Made by a program: the position numbers and the translations under genes. The notes under the pieces were generated by a model. That model saw only the letters and a list, made by a program, of their open reading frames with translations. It did no database searches and had not been told where the DNA came from. Positions 61,905 through 64,000 of a DNA stretch of 64,000 nt are shown piece by piece. The stretch comes from an uncultured delta proteobacterium (GTDB taxonomy: Bacteria > Desulfobacterota > Binatia > JACPRU01), in assembly GCA_963745025.1 (NCBI GenBank), contig CAVUWD010000019.1, forward strand, positions 288,001 to 352,000. The letters run 5' to 3'. The stretch's first letter is position 1; every line of letters starts with the position of its first letter.

Positions 61905-62205
61905 AAACGGGGCGTCTCGTGTTTGGGCAGCGTCGGATATTGAGCCTTTACGTCAACTCCGCCGCTTATCCCAGCTATCCTCCGCGGACTTCACGTTTTC
62001 TAGGAGCGTTCCGAATTTACTCCCAGCAACACAAAGACGCTCGCATGGAAACGGACGTGCACGCGGAAGTCGTCCGCATCCTACCCACCTCCATATTTTT
62101 CCGTTGACCGCGGAAGCGACAGAGGATAGCGTAACGCTCGGAGTCCTGTTCAAATCGTCCGTTCGGGTCCTGGCACCGAGCGCCAGGTGGAGAGCGCATA
62201 GGTCC

Positions 62206-63138
62206 GTGAGGGACTTGTTCGCTATCGTTGCTTCTTCCGCCCTCTACGGCGCCCTCGCGATCGCAGGCTCGTCGGGCGCCGATTCTCAGTCCGCACCGCT
62301 GCTGTTGAGCGAAGTCGATGGCTCGGAGGGTGCGGCCGTCGAGATGCGAGGCGAGCGTCTGAGCGTTCGGTTCCAAAAAGCGCCCTTGAGCTTAGCGCTA
62401 CGGGAGCTCGGCCGTGCCACTCGGGCCACCTTCGAGGTTCATGGCGCAATGCCGCCGACCGTGACCGATGCGTTTGCGGCGGTTCCGCTCGAGAAGGGAC
62501 TGCGAAGACTGTTTCGCCGGGCGGACGTCAGCCTGCTCTATGCAGGATCGGAGAAGGCGCTCCGCGCCGAGCGGCGTCTCGTCCGGGTCTGGATTTTCGC
62601 CAGGAACCCGACGCCCGGCTCCGGACGCGACGCCGAGGAACATCTGGAGGCGAGCATCCTGAAGGCTACGTCCGCGGGCAGCCGCGAGGAGCGCTGGCAG
62701 GCGATCGGCGAGCTCGCCGACTCCAGGGAGAAGAGCGCGCGTGACGCCTTGCTGGCGGCCATGCGGGATTCGGAGCCGGACGTCCGCGAGCGAGCGATCG
62801 ACGCCCTCGGAGAATTTAGAGACGAGGCCGCCATCGGACCGCTCTCCGGCGCGCTCGCCCAGGACGAGGACGTGCGCGAGAGCGCCGCCGATGCTCTGGC
62901 CAACATTCCGAGCGCTGAGAGTGTTGCCGCCCTGAAGAGATCCCTCGAAGATGAATCGCCCGACGTCCGCGCGAGCGCCGTCGCTGGCCTCGCACGGATC
63001 GGTGGCCCAGACATGATTCAGACCTTACGGGGAGCTCTCTCCGACGAGGACCAGGACGTCCGTGATGTCGCCGCCGAGTCGCTGCACAAGCTCGCAGGTG
63101 GCGGAGCAGGCGAGTCGTCGTCGGGGACGACACCCTAG
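62206..63138 (+). CDS. exported protein with an STN/secretin-N-like domain and HEAT repeats; start uncertain
   Basis: LSVRF.KAPL..AL.ELG..V...F..VPLEKGLRRL domain followed by repeated D.D.DVRE.AA.AL units. Confidence 0.75.
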   Translation: MRDLFAIVASSALYGALAIAGSSGADSQSAPLLLSEVDGSEGAAVEMRGERLSVRFQKAPLSLALRELGRATRATFEVHGAMPPTVTDAFAAVPLEKGLRRLFRRADVSLLYAGSEKALRAERRLVRVWIFARNPTPGSGRDAEEHLEASILKATSAGSREERWQAIGELADSREKSARDALLAAMRDSEPDVRERAIDALGEFRDEAAIGPLSGALAQDEDVRESAADALANIPSAESVAALKRSLEDESPDVRASAVAGLARIGGPDMIQTLRGALSDEDQDVRDVAAESLHKLAGGGAGESSSGTTP

Positions 63139-63345
63139 AAAAAAGGAGACCTTGGGGATGCTGGTTTCTGCGTTGGTGATCTCGTGGGTTCTTGTTGGCC
63201 ATCGGCTGCTGGATCGGCATGATGCTCATGCAAAACGACGTTAGCTGGTAAGGTCTGAGCCGCGTGCGCCACCGACGAGGTTTGCTACCCGGTAGAGGAG
63301 AGGAATAGCGGAGTCGAGGCTATCCAGCGAAAGGAGAATGCAGAG

Positions 63346-63843
63346 ATGAGAACCAAAGAATTGCCTACCACGCTCGTGTTGCTGATTGCCGGGGTTTGGT
63401 TGCTCGCGTTGCCGACGGGCGCATTGGCCCAAAAACAAGTGTCACCGCTCTTGGGGCCGGAAGTTGGTCTCTGCGGGGGCCCAAGAGTTGGCAAGGTGGT
63501 CATCAAAGACCTGGACAATGGCGACACGAAGCTCAAGGTGAAGTTCACCAACGGGCCGCCGGGTCATACAGAGAAAGTGTACTGGCAGTGCACAACCGTC
63601 TCTGGTGGTTGCCACAATCCCTTCTGTGGTAGCGTTTTCATGGGCCAGTTCACATTGGACGCCACTGGCTTCGGAGTGTTTAAGAAGATAATCCCGGGTG
63701 GAAATCCCTTCCCAGGGAAGTTCGCCTTCATTGAGGCCGGGAGTGGTGCGGTGGGGGAGGTCTTCACCTCGACCTTCGGCGAGGTGCCTGCAGGGGCCGC
63801 CCCTGTGGCGGCTGAGGCTGAGGCTGGAGATCCAGTGCAGTAA
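63346..63843 (+). CDS. hypothetical secreted protein
   Basis: AAGGAG RBS, signal peptide ending ALA, four Cys. Confidence 0.7.
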   Translation: MRTKELPTTLVLLIAGVWLLALPTGALAQKQVSPLLGPEVGLCGGPRVGKVVIKDLDNGDTKLKVKFTNGPPGHTEKVYWQCTTVSGGCHNPFCGSVFMGQFTLDATGFGVFKKIIPGGNPFPGKFAFIEAGSGAVGEVFTSTFGEVPAGAAPVAAEAEAGDPVQ

Positions 63844-64000
63844 CATGCCGTGACCGAGTGAGCCTGAGATCGGGCGCTAACTCGATCTAGGTTCCGCCCT
63901 GAAAGATCAACAGGCGGGATCCGCCCTCATACGGTCTGTTCCGCGTCGCTCATGCTAGTAAGGCAACCCATGAGGACGGGTGCACACGTACTGGCGGGCT

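Noticed and set aside
1-64000. CRISPR array, integron attC array, retron or DGR
   Set aside because: I found no regularly spaced repeats, cas, intI or reverse transcriptase genes, and no shared motif at the gene junctions.

Overview
GC-rich bacterial window, most likely from a Candidatus Binatia-like lineage (inferred from the gene families present, not from marker genes). It has no rRNA operon, complete tRNA or CRISPR array. It is a mosaic of intact metabolic and envelope genes (degQ-like protease, acyl-CoA dehydrogenase, sthA, RNB, LOG, M20 peptidase, CoA-transferase, TauD, SDRs) interleaved with about 20 short gene remnants and several frameshifted genes. Highlights: (1) a C-GCAxxG-C-C family selenoprotein missed by the ORF track, with an in-frame UGA, an fdhF-like SECIS hairpin and a sigma54-type promoter; (2) a complete two-gene IS4-family element (DUF6788-like ORF plus transposase) with terminal IRs and a 10-bp target-site duplication; (3) a 1.5-17.4 kb island of exported sulfatase, HAD, 2H and metallo-phosphoesterases with a putative beta-barrel and a FixJ-type two-component system; (4) a three-way-junction RNA-like leader at 4854-4933; (5) a tRNA 3' fragment (att-like) and a tyrosine-integrase remnant; (6) readable TetR and HxlR operators. 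Family assignments come from motif recognition by eye, not database searches.
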